From contig CAVZMI010000018.1 in NCBI GenBank assembly GCA_963776275.1, positions 128,001 to 192,000 on the forward strand: 64,000 bases of DNA. The letters are read 5' to 3'. The notes below the pieces were generated by a model. It was not told where the DNA came from and made no database searches. It saw nothing but the letters and a program-made list of their open reading frames with translations. The DNA comes from Ignavibacteriota bacterium. GTDB lineage: Bacteria > Bacteroidota > Ignavibacteria > UBA10030 > CAVZMI01. The position numbers and the translations under genes were made by a program. Positions within the stretch are counted from its first letter, which is position 1. Every line of letters begins with the position of its first letter. Shown here piece after piece: positions 1-10,712 of the stretch.

Positions 1-1169
1 GAGATACTAGCCTCTCAGCACTATGTGACACTGACGAATATTCTGGACGATATGGGTATCGCCATCAGATTATTGCTCGGAGGTCAAAAAGGAAAAGTCA
101 GAGACGAGATAATTGAGGACGTACGTGAAGGACGTGCACAAATTGTTATTGGAACACATGCACTCATTCAAGAACATGTGCAGTTTGCCAACCTCGGATT
201 GATCATCATTGATGAGCAGCATCGATTTGGCGTTGTTCAACGCGTGACACTACGCGAGAAAGGGAGAAATCCCGATGTCCTTGTAATGACGGCGACTCCA
301 ATTCCCCGGACGCTTTCGATGACGTTGTATGGTGATCTTGACGTTTCAATTATTGACGAACTGCCGCATTCACGAAAGCCGATTACGACACTTCTACGGG
401 GCGAGCATGAACGTCTGACGGTGTACGAATTTGTACGATCGGAAATAGCCAAAGGGACATCAGGCCTACATTGTCTATCCGTTGATTGAAGAATCGGAAA
501 AAAGCGATTTAGAAGCAGCGAAAAAGAATTATAAACATCTCAGGGATGAAGTTTTTTCCGAATATTCGGTAGGTCTCATTCACGGAAAGATGTCGAGTGA
601 AGAACGTACAATTGTGATGCATGATTTCAGGGCCGGTAAGATAGCGATACTTGTCGCTACAACGGTCATTGAGGTAGGAATAGATGTTCCCAATGCGACC
701 ATCATGGTCATCGAGAATGCGGAACGGTTCGGTCTTGCACAGCTTCATCAGCTCCGGGGAAGGGTAGGAAGGGGGACAGAGCAGTCGATTTGTATTCTGA
801 TCGGGAAGACGGTTGACGGCATCCGAGAGAAGAAAAGGGGGAGACCGGTTAGCGGCTAAGGGGGAGGACAGGACAAAGGCTCTCCGGCGCCTGACGGTCA
901 TGGAAGAGACTGCAAATGGATTCACAATTGCGGAAGTTGACCTTGAATTACGCGGTCCCGGTGAATATTTTGGAACAAAACAGAGCGGATTACCCGAGTT
1001 CCATATAGCAAACATCCTTACTGATCATGAGATTCTATTGCTCGCGCGGCGAGAAGCGTTCCGTCTTGTCGAGGAAGATCCTCACCTGCGACTATCCCGC
1101 CACGCATCCATCAGGAAGTATTTCCTCGAGCGATTCAAAGAGCAACTCTCCTTCGTACGCGTCGGATAG
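1..1169 (+). CDS. recG: ATP-dependent DNA helicase RecG, 3' part; 5'-truncated by the window and split by two frameshifts (~485, ~830)
   Basis: Motifs IIDEQHRFGV, MTATPIPRTL, VATTVIEVGIDVPNA, QLHQLRGRVGRG and DLELRGPGE across ORFs 25-489, 482-859 and 813-1169. Confidence 0.95.
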
Positions 1170-1247
1170 GGTGACCCAATTGGTGATCACATGATGTGCC
1201 AAAAATTTCTGAAAAGAAATTTTCTTTGCACAAAATGCAGTTTCTGC

Positions 1248-1275
1248 TTGACAAATAGCGTGAAAAGATTATATT
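1248..1275 (+). promoter_or_regulatory. Putative sigma70 promoter of the ATP-grasp/KamA operon
   Basis: TTGACA-N16-TATATT upstream of the ATG at 1357. Confidence 0.5.
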
Positions 1276-1356
1276 TACACACAGAGCAATGATAATTGAC
1301 GGTTGAATGAACATAGCACGGATGGGATACCAGGGAACAACATCACAGCGCACTGT

Positions 1357-2448
1357 ATGCATGTCGCTCTGACGTACAATCAGAAAAAAGAATCGCGCCC
1401 CAACAACGTTGATGATCTTGTAGAACCTCCGAGTACATCGGGCTTATAGTTTACCACCCGCTTGTAAACGATGGATAACCTATCGCCCCTCATGACGATG
1501 CCTACGCAGAATGGGATAGTATCGAGACAATCACCGCCGTCAGAAAAGCAATGGAAGAATATCATACCGTCACAATGGTCGAGGCAGATGAAGATGCCTA
1601 TCGAAAATTAATCGTAACACGACCGGATATTGTCTTCAACATCGCCGAAGGACTCCATGGTATGTCGCGTGAAGCACAGGTTCCTGCAATTCTCGAGTAT
1701 CTCCATATTCCTTATACCGGTTCAGATCCATTGACACTTGCCACTGCGTTAGATAAGGCGAGAACAAAAGAAATTCTTACTTATCACGGAATTCCTACGG
1801 CGAAGTTTGCAGTTGTCAGGAATATCAACGGCGCGGTTCCGCAAGGAATAAAATTTCCGTGTATCGTTAAACCAGTTCACGAAGGATCGAGCAAGGGAGT
1901 TCTTGATTCATCGGTGGTGAAAACGACAGAAGGAACTCTCGTCACAGGTGGAGCGTGTCGTACAGACATATCATCAGCCTGCATTGATTGAAGAATTTCT
2001 TCCCGGGCGGGAATTTACCGTAGCGGTTCTCGGAAACGATCCGGATATAAAAATTCTACCCGTTGTAGAAATAAAGTTTGATGCACTGCCGGAAGGAGTG
2101 AATCGGATTTATTCTTATGAAGCAAAATGGATATGGGATCAGATGGAACATCCAATCGATGTTCACGAATGTCCGGCGAAGATTCCTGTAAAGCTTGAAA
2201 AAGAAATACACGACGTGTGCAGAAAATCGTATTCCATTTTACAATGCAGAGATTGGTGTCGGATCGATCTTCGTCTTGACGATAAAGGGATTCCACATAT
2301 AATGGAGCTGAATCCACTTCCGGGCATTCTGCCGGATCCGGAAGAACATTCATGTTTTCCGCAGGCGGCGCGGGCTGCCGGAATGTCATACAACGAGTTG
2401 ATTCAGAAAGTGTTAGAAATTGCGATAAAACGATATAAAATTAAATAG
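1357..2448 (+). CDS. D-Ala-D-Ala ligase-like ATP-grasp protein 1 (two frameshifts)
   Basis: Reads MHVALTYN from 1357, then DDAYAEWD; VFNIAEG, PYTGS, VKPVHEGSSKG, EEFLPGREF, RIDLR, ELNPLPG. Confidence 0.88.
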
Positions 2449-2495
2449 TTAAATATTCACGATTATTAGCCTTTTTTAACAATATTATAGGATGT

Positions 2496-3581
2496 ATGGC
2501 CTCGAAGACGCATGTGGCGGTTGTATATACTGATCCGACACCGACAACTTGGGAAAAGGAACGAAGAGCGGAGAAAATGGTGATCGATGTAACAGGAGGA
2601 AAATCGGATATCGAGACCTTTGTTAAATTAGCCGGCGAGAAAATTAAAAATGAAGTGGAAGAAGAAATCGAATTTGTTGAGCATGCACTCGTGGATGCCG
2701 GAAAGAGAGTGACTGTATTGTGTATCGAATCCGATAATGTCTTTTCCATCGTGCGAAAAATTGAGGCAATTGATCCGGATATTGTATTCAATTTTTGTGA
2801 GAGCTCCAATGGCGATTCGTTGCAGGAAATGTATCTTGCGAGTGCCTTCGAACTGAGAAATGTCAGGTATACCGGCGCCCCGGCATTCACACTCGGCCTG
2901 GCAGTGCATAAAAATCTTGTGAAAGATATTCTCATCAGGAACAATATTCCGACACCGGAATTCTGGTTTGTACCGCTCAACTTACGATTTCCTGCGATTC
3001 CATCCGAAAAGTTTCCGTTGATCGTAAAACCGTACAAGGAAGATGCCAGTATCGGCATCGACAACGGTTCGGTGGTCTACACTGTAAAAGATCTCGTGAA
3101 AAGGATTGAATTCGTGTGGGATGCATTCAAGCAGCACATTGTGGTCGAACGATTTCTTCCGGGAAGAGAATTTAACGTTTCAATCCTTGGGAATCGCAAT
3201 CTCGAGGTTCTGCCGATTTCTGAGATTGACTATTCTGGAATGCCCGATGAATTGGAAAATATTGTCAGTTATGAGGCGAAATGGATTGAAGAGAGTGTTT
3301 CCTATGGAAAAACAAAACCAGTGTGTCCGGCTTGCATCCCTGTAAATATTGAAACACAGTTGAAAGATATTGCGCTCTCCTCATTCAAGATTATAGGCTG
3401 TCGTCATTACGGACGAATTGATATGCGTCTGGATGAAAAGGGAAATCCGTTTGTTCTCGAAGTGAATCCAAATCCGGATATCTCGCCGGATGCAGGATTT
3501 GTAAGATCGGCGAAAAATGCCGGACTCGCGTACAATGCATTGATTAATCGTATTGTTGATCTTGCCATGGAGGATGCATGA
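2496..3581 (+). CDS. D-Ala-D-Ala ligase-like ATP-grasp protein 2
   Basis: VFNFCES, YTGA, VKPYKEDASIGI, ERFLPGREF, GRIDMR, EVNPNPD. Confidence 0.9.
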   Translation: MASKTHVAVVYTDPTPTTWEKERRAEKMVIDVTGGKSDIETFVKLAGEKIKNEVEEEIEFVEHALVDAGKRVTVLCIESDNVFSIVRKIEAIDPDIVFNFCESSNGDSLQEMYLASAFELRNVRYTGAPAFTLGLAVHKNLVKDILIRNNIPTPEFWFVPLNLRFPAIPSEKFPLIVKPYKEDASIGIDNGSVVYTVKDLVKRIEFVWDAFKQHIVVERFLPGREFNVSILGNRNLEVLPISEIDYSGMPDELENIVSYEAKWIEESVSYGKTKPVCPACIPVNIETQLKDIALSSFKIIGCRHYGRIDMRLDEKGNPFVLEVNPNPDISPDAGFVRSAKNAGLAYNALINRIVDLAMEDA

Positions 3582-4315
3582 AGTCTTCCTCGATAAAGCC
3601 AGTAAGACTGCGATTAAACACCTCGTTTATACAGCCGTTCATATTCATCATCATCATCGCAGTTCTGCTCAGCATCCCGTTTTTCCTTTCGTGGCAACCG
3701 ATCTATGATGCATTGTATGATAGGTATGTGAAGGAAAAATGTACGAATCTCGATACCAAGCTTGAATATGAAATCAAACTCCTCGGTGTCGTTGTTATCG
3801 GCATCGGGGTTATCGGTTTTCTTATCCATTCGTGGTATCAACGTCTTGAAAACAGAAAGTTTGCGTTCCAACAAGTGATAGAAAACGAGATTAAGTTGAT
3901 TGAATTTCCAAAAAATGATCCGGAACTATTAAAATTTTTCGATTCACTCGATGTCAGGAAATCAAGAAATACCCTGCCGCAGCACTATGTATGGTATATA
4001 GCAATGGCGTTTACAATCTGGCAGCAGGTATTTGCCTATCGAATGAATGGATGGATCAATCGGAAAACGTGGCAATATTGGGCACCGCCATCTCAGAGAG
4101 GTGCCGATATCGGACAACAAATGTGCTCAACAGATCCGTTTACGGGGACGAACCCGACCGATGAGATAATCCGCCAAAATACCTATAAATATTTTCTTCT
4201 TTGGTGGCAGGAGAAGCAGAACTATCGATATTATCATGTTGATTTTGTGCGCTACATCAACTCGATTTTGACTGATGTCGAAAATAAGGAAGAAACGGAG
4301 CCGTTCTACTCATAG
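3578..4315 (+). CDS. Hypothetical membrane protein (2 TM helices plus helical domain, DUF4760/DUF6082-like)
   Basis: 245-aa ORF overlapping the previous stop (ATGA); two hydrophobic segments. Confidence 0.65.
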   Translation: MKSSSIKPVRLRLNTSFIQPFIFIIIIAVLLSIPFFLSWQPIYDALYDRYVKEKCTNLDTKLEYEIKLLGVVVIGIGVIGFLIHSWYQRLENRKFAFQQVIENEIKLIEFPKNDPELLKFFDSLDVRKSRNTLPQHYVWYIAMAFTIWQQVFAYRMNGWINRKTWQYWAPPSQRGADIGQQMCSTDPFTGTNPTDEIIRQNTYKYFLLWWQEKQNYRYYHVDFVRYINSILTDVENKEETEPFYS

Positions 4316-4382
4316 TGCAGACCAAGCACACGTGGTATATGGATGAATTGGAGGAAAAAATAATTTATTATCGCTTTGTGAA

Positions 4383-4853
4383 ATGATACGATTGACATCA
4401 GCAGAAGACAGAAGTACGATCCTGAAAATATTGAAAGAAACAAACATATTTAAACAGGAGGAAATCCAGATTGCGGGTGAGCTGATCGATTCCTTTTTAT
4501 CATCACCTGAAAATCCCGATTACCAGTTTTATTCATATATCGATTCTTCGAAATCGGTATCCGGTTTTTGTTGTTACGGGGTGACCCATATCACCAAGGG
4601 AACTTATGATTTGTACTGGCTTGTCGTCTCACCGAACAACCAGGAAAAAGGTGTCGGACGCGACATGCTGCATTTTGTGGAGGAAAAAATTCGGCAAACA
4701 CATGGACGGCTCATCATCGTCGAGACCTCATCGACACGAGAATACGATGCCGCAAGAAGATTCTATCTGAAAAACGGTTTTAGTCAGGTAGGCCACATAA
4801 AGGAATACTACGCTCTTGATGATGATTTGATTATTTTTGCAAAATATCTATAA
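4383..4853 (+). CDS. GNAT family N-acetyltransferase
   Basis: YDLYWLVVSP..QEKGVG acetyl-CoA motif; ARRFYLKNGF. Confidence 0.9.
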   Translation: MIRLTSAEDRSTILKILKETNIFKQEEIQIAGELIDSFLSSPENPDYQFYSYIDSSKSVSGFCCYGVTHITKGTYDLYWLVVSPNNQEKGVGRDMLHFVEEKIRQTHGRLIIVETSSTREYDAARRFYLKNGFSQVGHIKEYYALDDDLIIFAKYL

Positions 4854-4876
4854 CAATATAGGAGTGCAATCACTTT

Positions 4877-6013
4877 ATGGAACTCTGGCAAGAAATGTTA
4901 CGGCAGAGTGTCGATAGCGCGAAGGATCTTATCGAACGCTTCAATTTTGATAAAGACCTCGCCGAACGGCTTAATAAATTGTTCCATATACGCATCAACC
5001 CATATTACCTGAGCCTGATTCGCTATCCGGGCGATCCCATCTGGCTACAGTGCATTCCTGATGTCGAAGAACTTAAAGATGATGACCTTCCCGAAGATCC
5101 GTTGAACGAGGATGCACACAGCCCCGTACCAAGCATCACTCACCGCTATCCGGACCGGGCACTTTTCCTGGTCACGAGCCAGTGCTCGATGTACTGCCGA
5201 TTCTGCACACGTAAGCGAAAGGTGGGTGATTCAAGCAAAATCAACATGAAATATATTCAGGGAGGAATAAATTATATTGCGGCACATCCGGAGGTCCGCG
5301 ATGTAGTCCTCTCCGGCGGCGATCCACTGATGCTGACAGATTTCATGCTCGAAAAAATTCTTAAGGCATTACGTAATATCCCCCATATCGAAATCGTCCG
5401 CCTTGGAACAAAAATGCCGTGTGTTCTGCCGCAGCGGATTACTCCAAAACTGGTAAAGATGCTCCGGAAGTACCATCCGCTCTACATCAATACGCATTTC
5501 AATCATCCTTGGGAGTGTACCCTTGAGGCCAGAAAAGCCTGTGAACTCATCGCCGATGCCGGTATACCGATCGGGAATCAAACTGTCCTCATGAAAGGGG
5601 TCAACGATAATGCCGATGTGATGCTTGAATTGATGCGAAAACTTCTCGCGATGCGCGTTCGTCCGTATTATCTCTATCAGGCCGATATTACAAAAGGTGC
5701 AAATCATTTCCGGACACCGGTCAGTGTAGGACTTGATATTATGGACAAGCTCCGGGGATACACATCCGGACTTGCCGTTCCCTACTATGTCATCGATGCT
5801 CCGGGTGGCGGAGGCAAAATCCCGTTACTGCCGCACTATATTCTTGGACGGAACGGCAATCAGATCATCATGCGAAACTTCAAATACGAAATATTCACGT
5901 ATCCCGATGTAGAAGAAAACGAGGAAATCATCGTCGAGAAAAAATATATGCGCAAACAACGGAAATCGAAAAAGAGTTATGTGCCGGACAAGGCGCAGGA
6001 ACTCGTCGAGTAG
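4877..6013 (+). CDS. kamA: KamA-family radical SAM aminomutase (lysine 2,3-aminomutase-like)
   Basis: THRYPDR, CSMYCRFC (CxxxCxxC), LSGGDPL, THFNHP, and the PLP-lysine motif DAPGGGGK. Confidence 0.9.
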   Translation: MELWQEMLRQSVDSAKDLIERFNFDKDLAERLNKLFHIRINPYYLSLIRYPGDPIWLQCIPDVEELKDDDLPEDPLNEDAHSPVPSITHRYPDRALFLVTSQCSMYCRFCTRKRKVGDSSKINMKYIQGGINYIAAHPEVRDVVLSGGDPLMLTDFMLEKILKALRNIPHIEIVRLGTKMPCVLPQRITPKLVKMLRKYHPLYINTHFNHPWECTLEARKACELIADAGIPIGNQTVLMKGVNDNADVMLELMRKLLAMRVRPYYLYQADITKGANHFRTPVSVGLDIMDKLRGYTSGLAVPYYVIDAPGGGGKIPLLPHYILGRNGNQIIMRNFKYEIFTYPDVEENEEIIVEKKYMRKQRKSKKSYVPDKAQELVE

Positions 6014-6042
6014 ATTCTTAATGAGTAGTCTCTCATAAAAGT

Positions 6043-6074
6043 AAAAGCTCCGCACAGCGTGCGGAGCTTTTTTT
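6043..6074. terminator. Bidirectional rho-independent terminator
   Basis: AAAAGCTCCGCAC-AGC-GTGCGGAGCTTTTTTT between convergent genes. Confidence 0.9.
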
Positions 6075-6079
6075 CTTCA

Positions 6080-7300
6080 TTACGATTCCCTATCCAATCC
6101 TATCGGCTCCTCCGGAGGCTTTGAGTTAGTCGAAATACCGAGTGCGGCTGATGCTGCCATAGGCACTGCAGAAAATTTCTGCGTTGCCTTATAGAAGGCG
6201 CTCAGCTTGGGTGGTACATGAGCTATCGTTGTGAATTTTTTCAGGAAGGGATTAGCTTTCCGGCTTTTTTCCAGCTTTGCCGATTTGAATTCGAGCTCGA
6301 ATGCCTTCAACCATGACTCGATTCTTTTTATGGAAAATTTTTCTTCCCAGTGGGTACGGCGTTTGCCGATTTCCTGTACTTTCTGTAAAAATAGATCATA
6401 TGCCTTTTTGCCAAGCGGTTCTTTTATACGAAGAAGTTCAATATAAGGATCTACAAGGTGCGAAGGGAAAAGTTCCTTCACTACTCTCAATTTGTTAAGA
6501 ACCATTGCCTCTCGTCTCTCGTGATGCGGACCGGATGGATTGAAAAGATGTCCCACCTTCACATCTTCCATTACTCCGCATTGATATTCCCGCGGTTTTG
6601 CTATATATGCTTTGAGGCTCAGATACACTTCGTCTGAACCCCATTCTTCAAGACCTGCAAAACCTTCCAGGTACCGATATGCGCCGGCCGTCACGGCATA
6701 ACAGGCTCCGTGTATCAACGGGATATGGAAGGCAAGTGGATCTCTGGGGAGCTTCTTGAAAAACGCCGGAAGCTGCTTAGGATCAGTCCCAATCCAACGA
6801 GGTTCCATAATTGCCTTTTCCCCCAGGATCTCGAGTTCGGCACCATATGCTACGCGTGCGTCGGTGCCGGTATAGCCGTACCATGTCTCAGGATCAAGTG
6901 CGTAGCACTTTCCGCAAAGAATTCGTTTCGGATTGATTGCCATATGCCACGCAATCTTATCGAGGAAGTTTCCCGGGGCAATATCCTGATGCAGATTCGG
7001 ATTCATATGGGCATCCAGAAATACCAGGATATCGTCATCGGCAATATCGATAGGGCAATGTTGAACACCAAAATCACGACCACCGGCGCAGCCGACGTTC
7101 CCACCTGTATGGAGCACCTGGATAGGGGGGAGTTTTTCGCTTAACCCTCCGAGATTTACAGTGGGGACTGGATTATCATCAACAACGACGACGAGATGGT
7201 CGATACGGGGAACCGGATAATAGATATGCTCGAGTGTTTTTATCAAATATTTACCTGAATCGTCCGGTCCCCTGCATGGAATAATCACGACCGCTTTCAT
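6080..7300 (-). CDS. GT-A fold glycosyltransferase (GT2, with ppGalNAc-transferase-like motifs)
   Basis: Start MKAVVIIPC (ATGA overlap with the CHAT stop); VVVVDD, NVGCAGGRDFG, VFLDAHM, WGSDEVYLSLK, KVGHLF. Confidence 0.85.
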   Translation of the reverse strand: MKAVVIIPCRGPDDSGKYLIKTLEHIYYPVPRIDHLVVVVDDNPVPTVNLGGLSEKLPPIQVLHTGGNVGCAGGRDFGVQHCPIDIADDDILVFLDAHMNPNLHQDIAPGNFLDKIAWHMAINPKRILCGKCYALDPETWYGYTGTDARVAYGAELEILGEKAIMEPRWIGTDPKQLPAFFKKLPRDPLAFHIPLIHGACYAVTAGAYRYLEGFAGLEEWGSDEVYLSLKAYIAKPREYQCGVMEDVKVGHLFNPSGPHHERREAMVLNKLRVVKELFPSHLVDPYIELLRIKEPLGKKAYDLFLQKVQEIGKRRTHWEEKFSIKRIESWLKAFELEFKSAKLEKSRKANPFLKKFTTIAHVPPKLSAFYKATQKFSAVPMAASAALGISTNSKPPEEPIGLDRES

Positions 7301-10300
7301 ACGTGCTCCTTTCGTTTTGACATACGATGGCTGTGTATTGTTAGGAAAGTTAGAATTAGCAATGCGAGTAGAATACAGCCGAGAGTACCCCATCCCGGAT
7401 AAGCGATCGGAACAAGCTTCAGCGGCGTATTGTCTCCCATAAGGATGAAACCCGCCCAGTAGAGAGGATCACCGTATCCATCCTGTATAAGCTTAAGTTT
7501 TGCCTCCCGGAGAGCGTCGGCTTTTGTCTTCCCGGAAAGCAGACCGGTGTAGAAATATTTCATTAGTATTGATGTCGATTGATCATCTACACTCCAGAGG
7601 CTGACAACAAGACTTGAAGAGCCGGCTGTCATAAACGCCTGGGTGATCCCGTTCAACCCTTCACCCCTTTGGAGTAATCCCAGGGCAGTGTTACAGGCAC
7701 TCAGTACGGTAAGATCGGCGCTAAGACGCATCTGATACAGCTCAAATGTTTGAAAATATGATGCTTGCTGCTCTGATACCATAGGTGTGAACATTAGTCG
7801 GGAGAATAATGGCTGCCGGTCATCGATAAAATAATGTGTCGCAATATGAAGAATTTGATATCTTGAAGCTTCGCTCTTGAATCGGTCGACCGTTGCTTCA
7901 CTTCCCGTTAGCTGCTGTGATCCTTCTATGAGTGACCCGATAGCGTGGACTTCATTTCCTGTATACGGCAGACTCGGAATGACCGAATCGGGAAATTCCT
8001 GTTGAAAACGGCGTGTCGATTGTGCGCCTTTATTTTCTCTAGATGGTGACAACACCGTCCCGAAATCAGGATTTCCGATGGCGAGAAGACGCTCTTCCGC
8101 ATGTGTGCGGTGTGAAAAATCCCAGCCGATTGCACTCGCTGATGGCAAATAACGAATCGTATACCGATGCAATAGAAACTCAACGTGTTCGAAATCAAAT
8201 TGAGGAGAGATACCCGACAGCGAAAGCGGTAATGCTTCAAAAGGGACATAATGAAGGATATCGTCAGGAATGATGACGAGATTCTTCTTTCCCTTAAGAT
8301 ATGGGGCCAGTGGAGGTACTATTATTGCGGATAATCTCGCGGCATCGTATAGATTATATGAAGAACGAATTCGAGGAGTGGGATTTTCCCTACCGTTTGT
8401 TTTTGATAACAACCGGGGGGAAACCGATCCTACAAGATGAATAAGGGTATCGCGGTCAACAGAGAGGTGAATATACGATGTACCGGTATTGGTAATTACA
8501 AACGCTCCGTATCCGTTAGTCGACCAGATATACGAAATCACTGCGTCGGATTCTCCAATTCGCCGATGGATTTCTTCTGGAGTTAGAAGAAGAAATTGTG
8601 GCGAAGCTGTTTCTCCACTTAGACGTGTCATTTCTTCATTGATTCGCTGACGGGATATCTCGATGAGATCGACACTATCCTGGAGTTTTCGAATAATCCC
8701 TTCATCGGATAAATCGCGGATTGCATTGAATAAACGCGAATTGAGATCCTGAAGTTGCTGGTCTACAGAGAACAGCGCTACACGAAGACTATCGGGAATA
8801 TTGGTTGAAAACTTCATTGTTCCGATAGAAATCCGATCCTGCAGCGTACGAGCACGTGCTCGTTCAGAAATCTGAAACGCCTCTTCGGTTTTTCCCTGGA
8901 GAGCAAGAAGATGAGCGCTATTGGTATAGAGGTTAATGTGTCGGGATAATATCTGCGCGGCCTGAAATTCATTGTGGACTTTTGTACGTAGTCGTTCGAT
9001 CGTTCTTATGCCTGCTGCATAATTTGATAAAGCGCTGTCGATATTCCCCATGGTGGTAAAAGTATTTCCCTGCTCTTCATATGCGGTCACGAGTCCATCA
9101 TAGTTGATATCCCAATCTTCCTTTGCATAGTACCATAGTAATTTCTGGTACGTAGATATTGCCTGATGCAGACGGCCATATTTTACGTGAAAGCGGGCGA
9201 GTGCCAGATAGTATGGGGCCTTGCTGTCGGTAAATTGTTCGAGGAACCGGCCGGATTTCTGAAATGCCCGGTCAGCTTCTTTTTCCTTTCCGAGAGCGCT
9301 GTAGACATTTGCCAATCCCAGTGTCAACATTCCGGCTCTGTAATCTTGAGATCGACGGTGCTGCAGCAACCTGCAGTCCTGATTGAAATGCCTTCAATGC
9401 AGATTCCTTCTGGTTGTCGGCGAGGAGAATTTCACCGCGGGTCTGCATGATGATCGGATATCCATATGCGTAGTTATTGCTATTAAGAACATCTATTGCC
9501 CGCTCGATAAAATCGAGCGCATGCGGATAATCCTGAAGCTCTTGATAGATTGTAGAAACCTTCCGGTAGTTTTCAAATGCATCAATATTTCGTATTTGCG
9601 ATTGGAGATCCCCTGCTTTTTTATAGCATGCTATTGCTTCTCTGTAATTTCCCAGGAGATACAAAGCAAAGGCTGCTTCCCGGAGATTAAAAGCTTCATA
9701 ATCCAATCGGTTTACCTCGTGCGAAAGCAAAGCTGCCCGTACCTGTCGTTCCGCAGCCTGATGATAGTTACCGACAGCTGCATCGAATTTACCCATAGCC
9801 CCGAGAAATATTGACATTTGCTCCTTGTTACCAAAACGCCGAGAAATTTCATACGACTTAGTATATTCCTGTCCATAACGAATATCCATGCGAAGCTGAC
9901 ATATTAAACCGAGGAGATGATGTGCCAAAGCATAAAGTTGGTCGTCTGTTTTTTTGATTTTTGGAATTACTCCCTCTAGTAGTACGTAGATGTCGCTGTA
10001 ATCACGAGGATAAACCCGATAATTATAAGCCACTGAATACGCCTTTGCCCGACAATAGTAATATTTCACATAAGCTGATGAATCAAGACGAAGAGCCCGT
10101 TCTGCATAGAAAAAACCGAAATCTTTTTCGATGTTCTTATGATAAAGTTCGGATAAACCGATTAAAGGAGCCGAATACGATCCGTGGCTGTGTGAAAGGG
10201 AGTCGAAGGTTCGAACAATTTCATCTAATGAAATAGTTTTATCGAATTGGTAACACTCTGCAAGCGCAAGGTAAGGGAAAAGGCACTGCGGAGCCTGATG

Positions 10301-10654
10301 GATACTTACATTAAAAAATGCTATAGCATCGCGGTACCGCATTCGGTATTTTGCGACCAGACCCCGTCCAAAAAGTGCATTTGGTGGGTTGAGATTCATT
10401 GTGCGGATGAAGAAACTATCCGCCTGATCGGTATGATGTGTATAGAAAGCAAATGCGGCAATACGGCTATATGCCTGGGTAAACCAGGGAGCTTCGTTGA
10501 CAAATGTATACAGATTCGAGAGAGCGCCGTCGTAATCCCCGTTTCCAGCCTTTTCAAGAATGGAGACATACCGGCGAGCCAGCGATTCCTGGAGTTGTTG
10601 GGAATACAGGGGAGCGCTAAGCAGGGAAAATGCGATGAGAACGAAACGCATCAT
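7297..10654 (-). CDS. TPR plus CHAT (caspase-like) protease with signal peptide and C-terminal TM helix; one frameshift at ~9330-9370
   Basis: TPR repeats; ERARARTL, IIPDDILHYVPFEAL, ILHIATH, VLSACNTALG, VVSLWSVDD, YWAGF; terminal hydrophobic helix. Confidence 0.9.
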
Positions 10655-10712
10655 TTTCAGTGAATGACGACACTGATACAGTACCACAGAAAACACCCGG
10701 GTTAAGGATATA

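Noticed and set aside
480-860. Programmed ribosomal frameshifting in recG (and in carB)
   Set aside because: No consistent slippery or stimulatory signals, and indels affect many unrelated genes, so assembly error is the simpler explanation
4877-6013. EpmB (EF-P beta-lysylation)
   Set aside because: No efp or epmA adjacent; the context is ATP-grasp plus GNAT
7297-10654. Craspase / type III-E CRISPR-associated TPR-CHAT
   Set aside because: No Cas7-11 or array nearby, and this protein has a signal peptide and TM anchor
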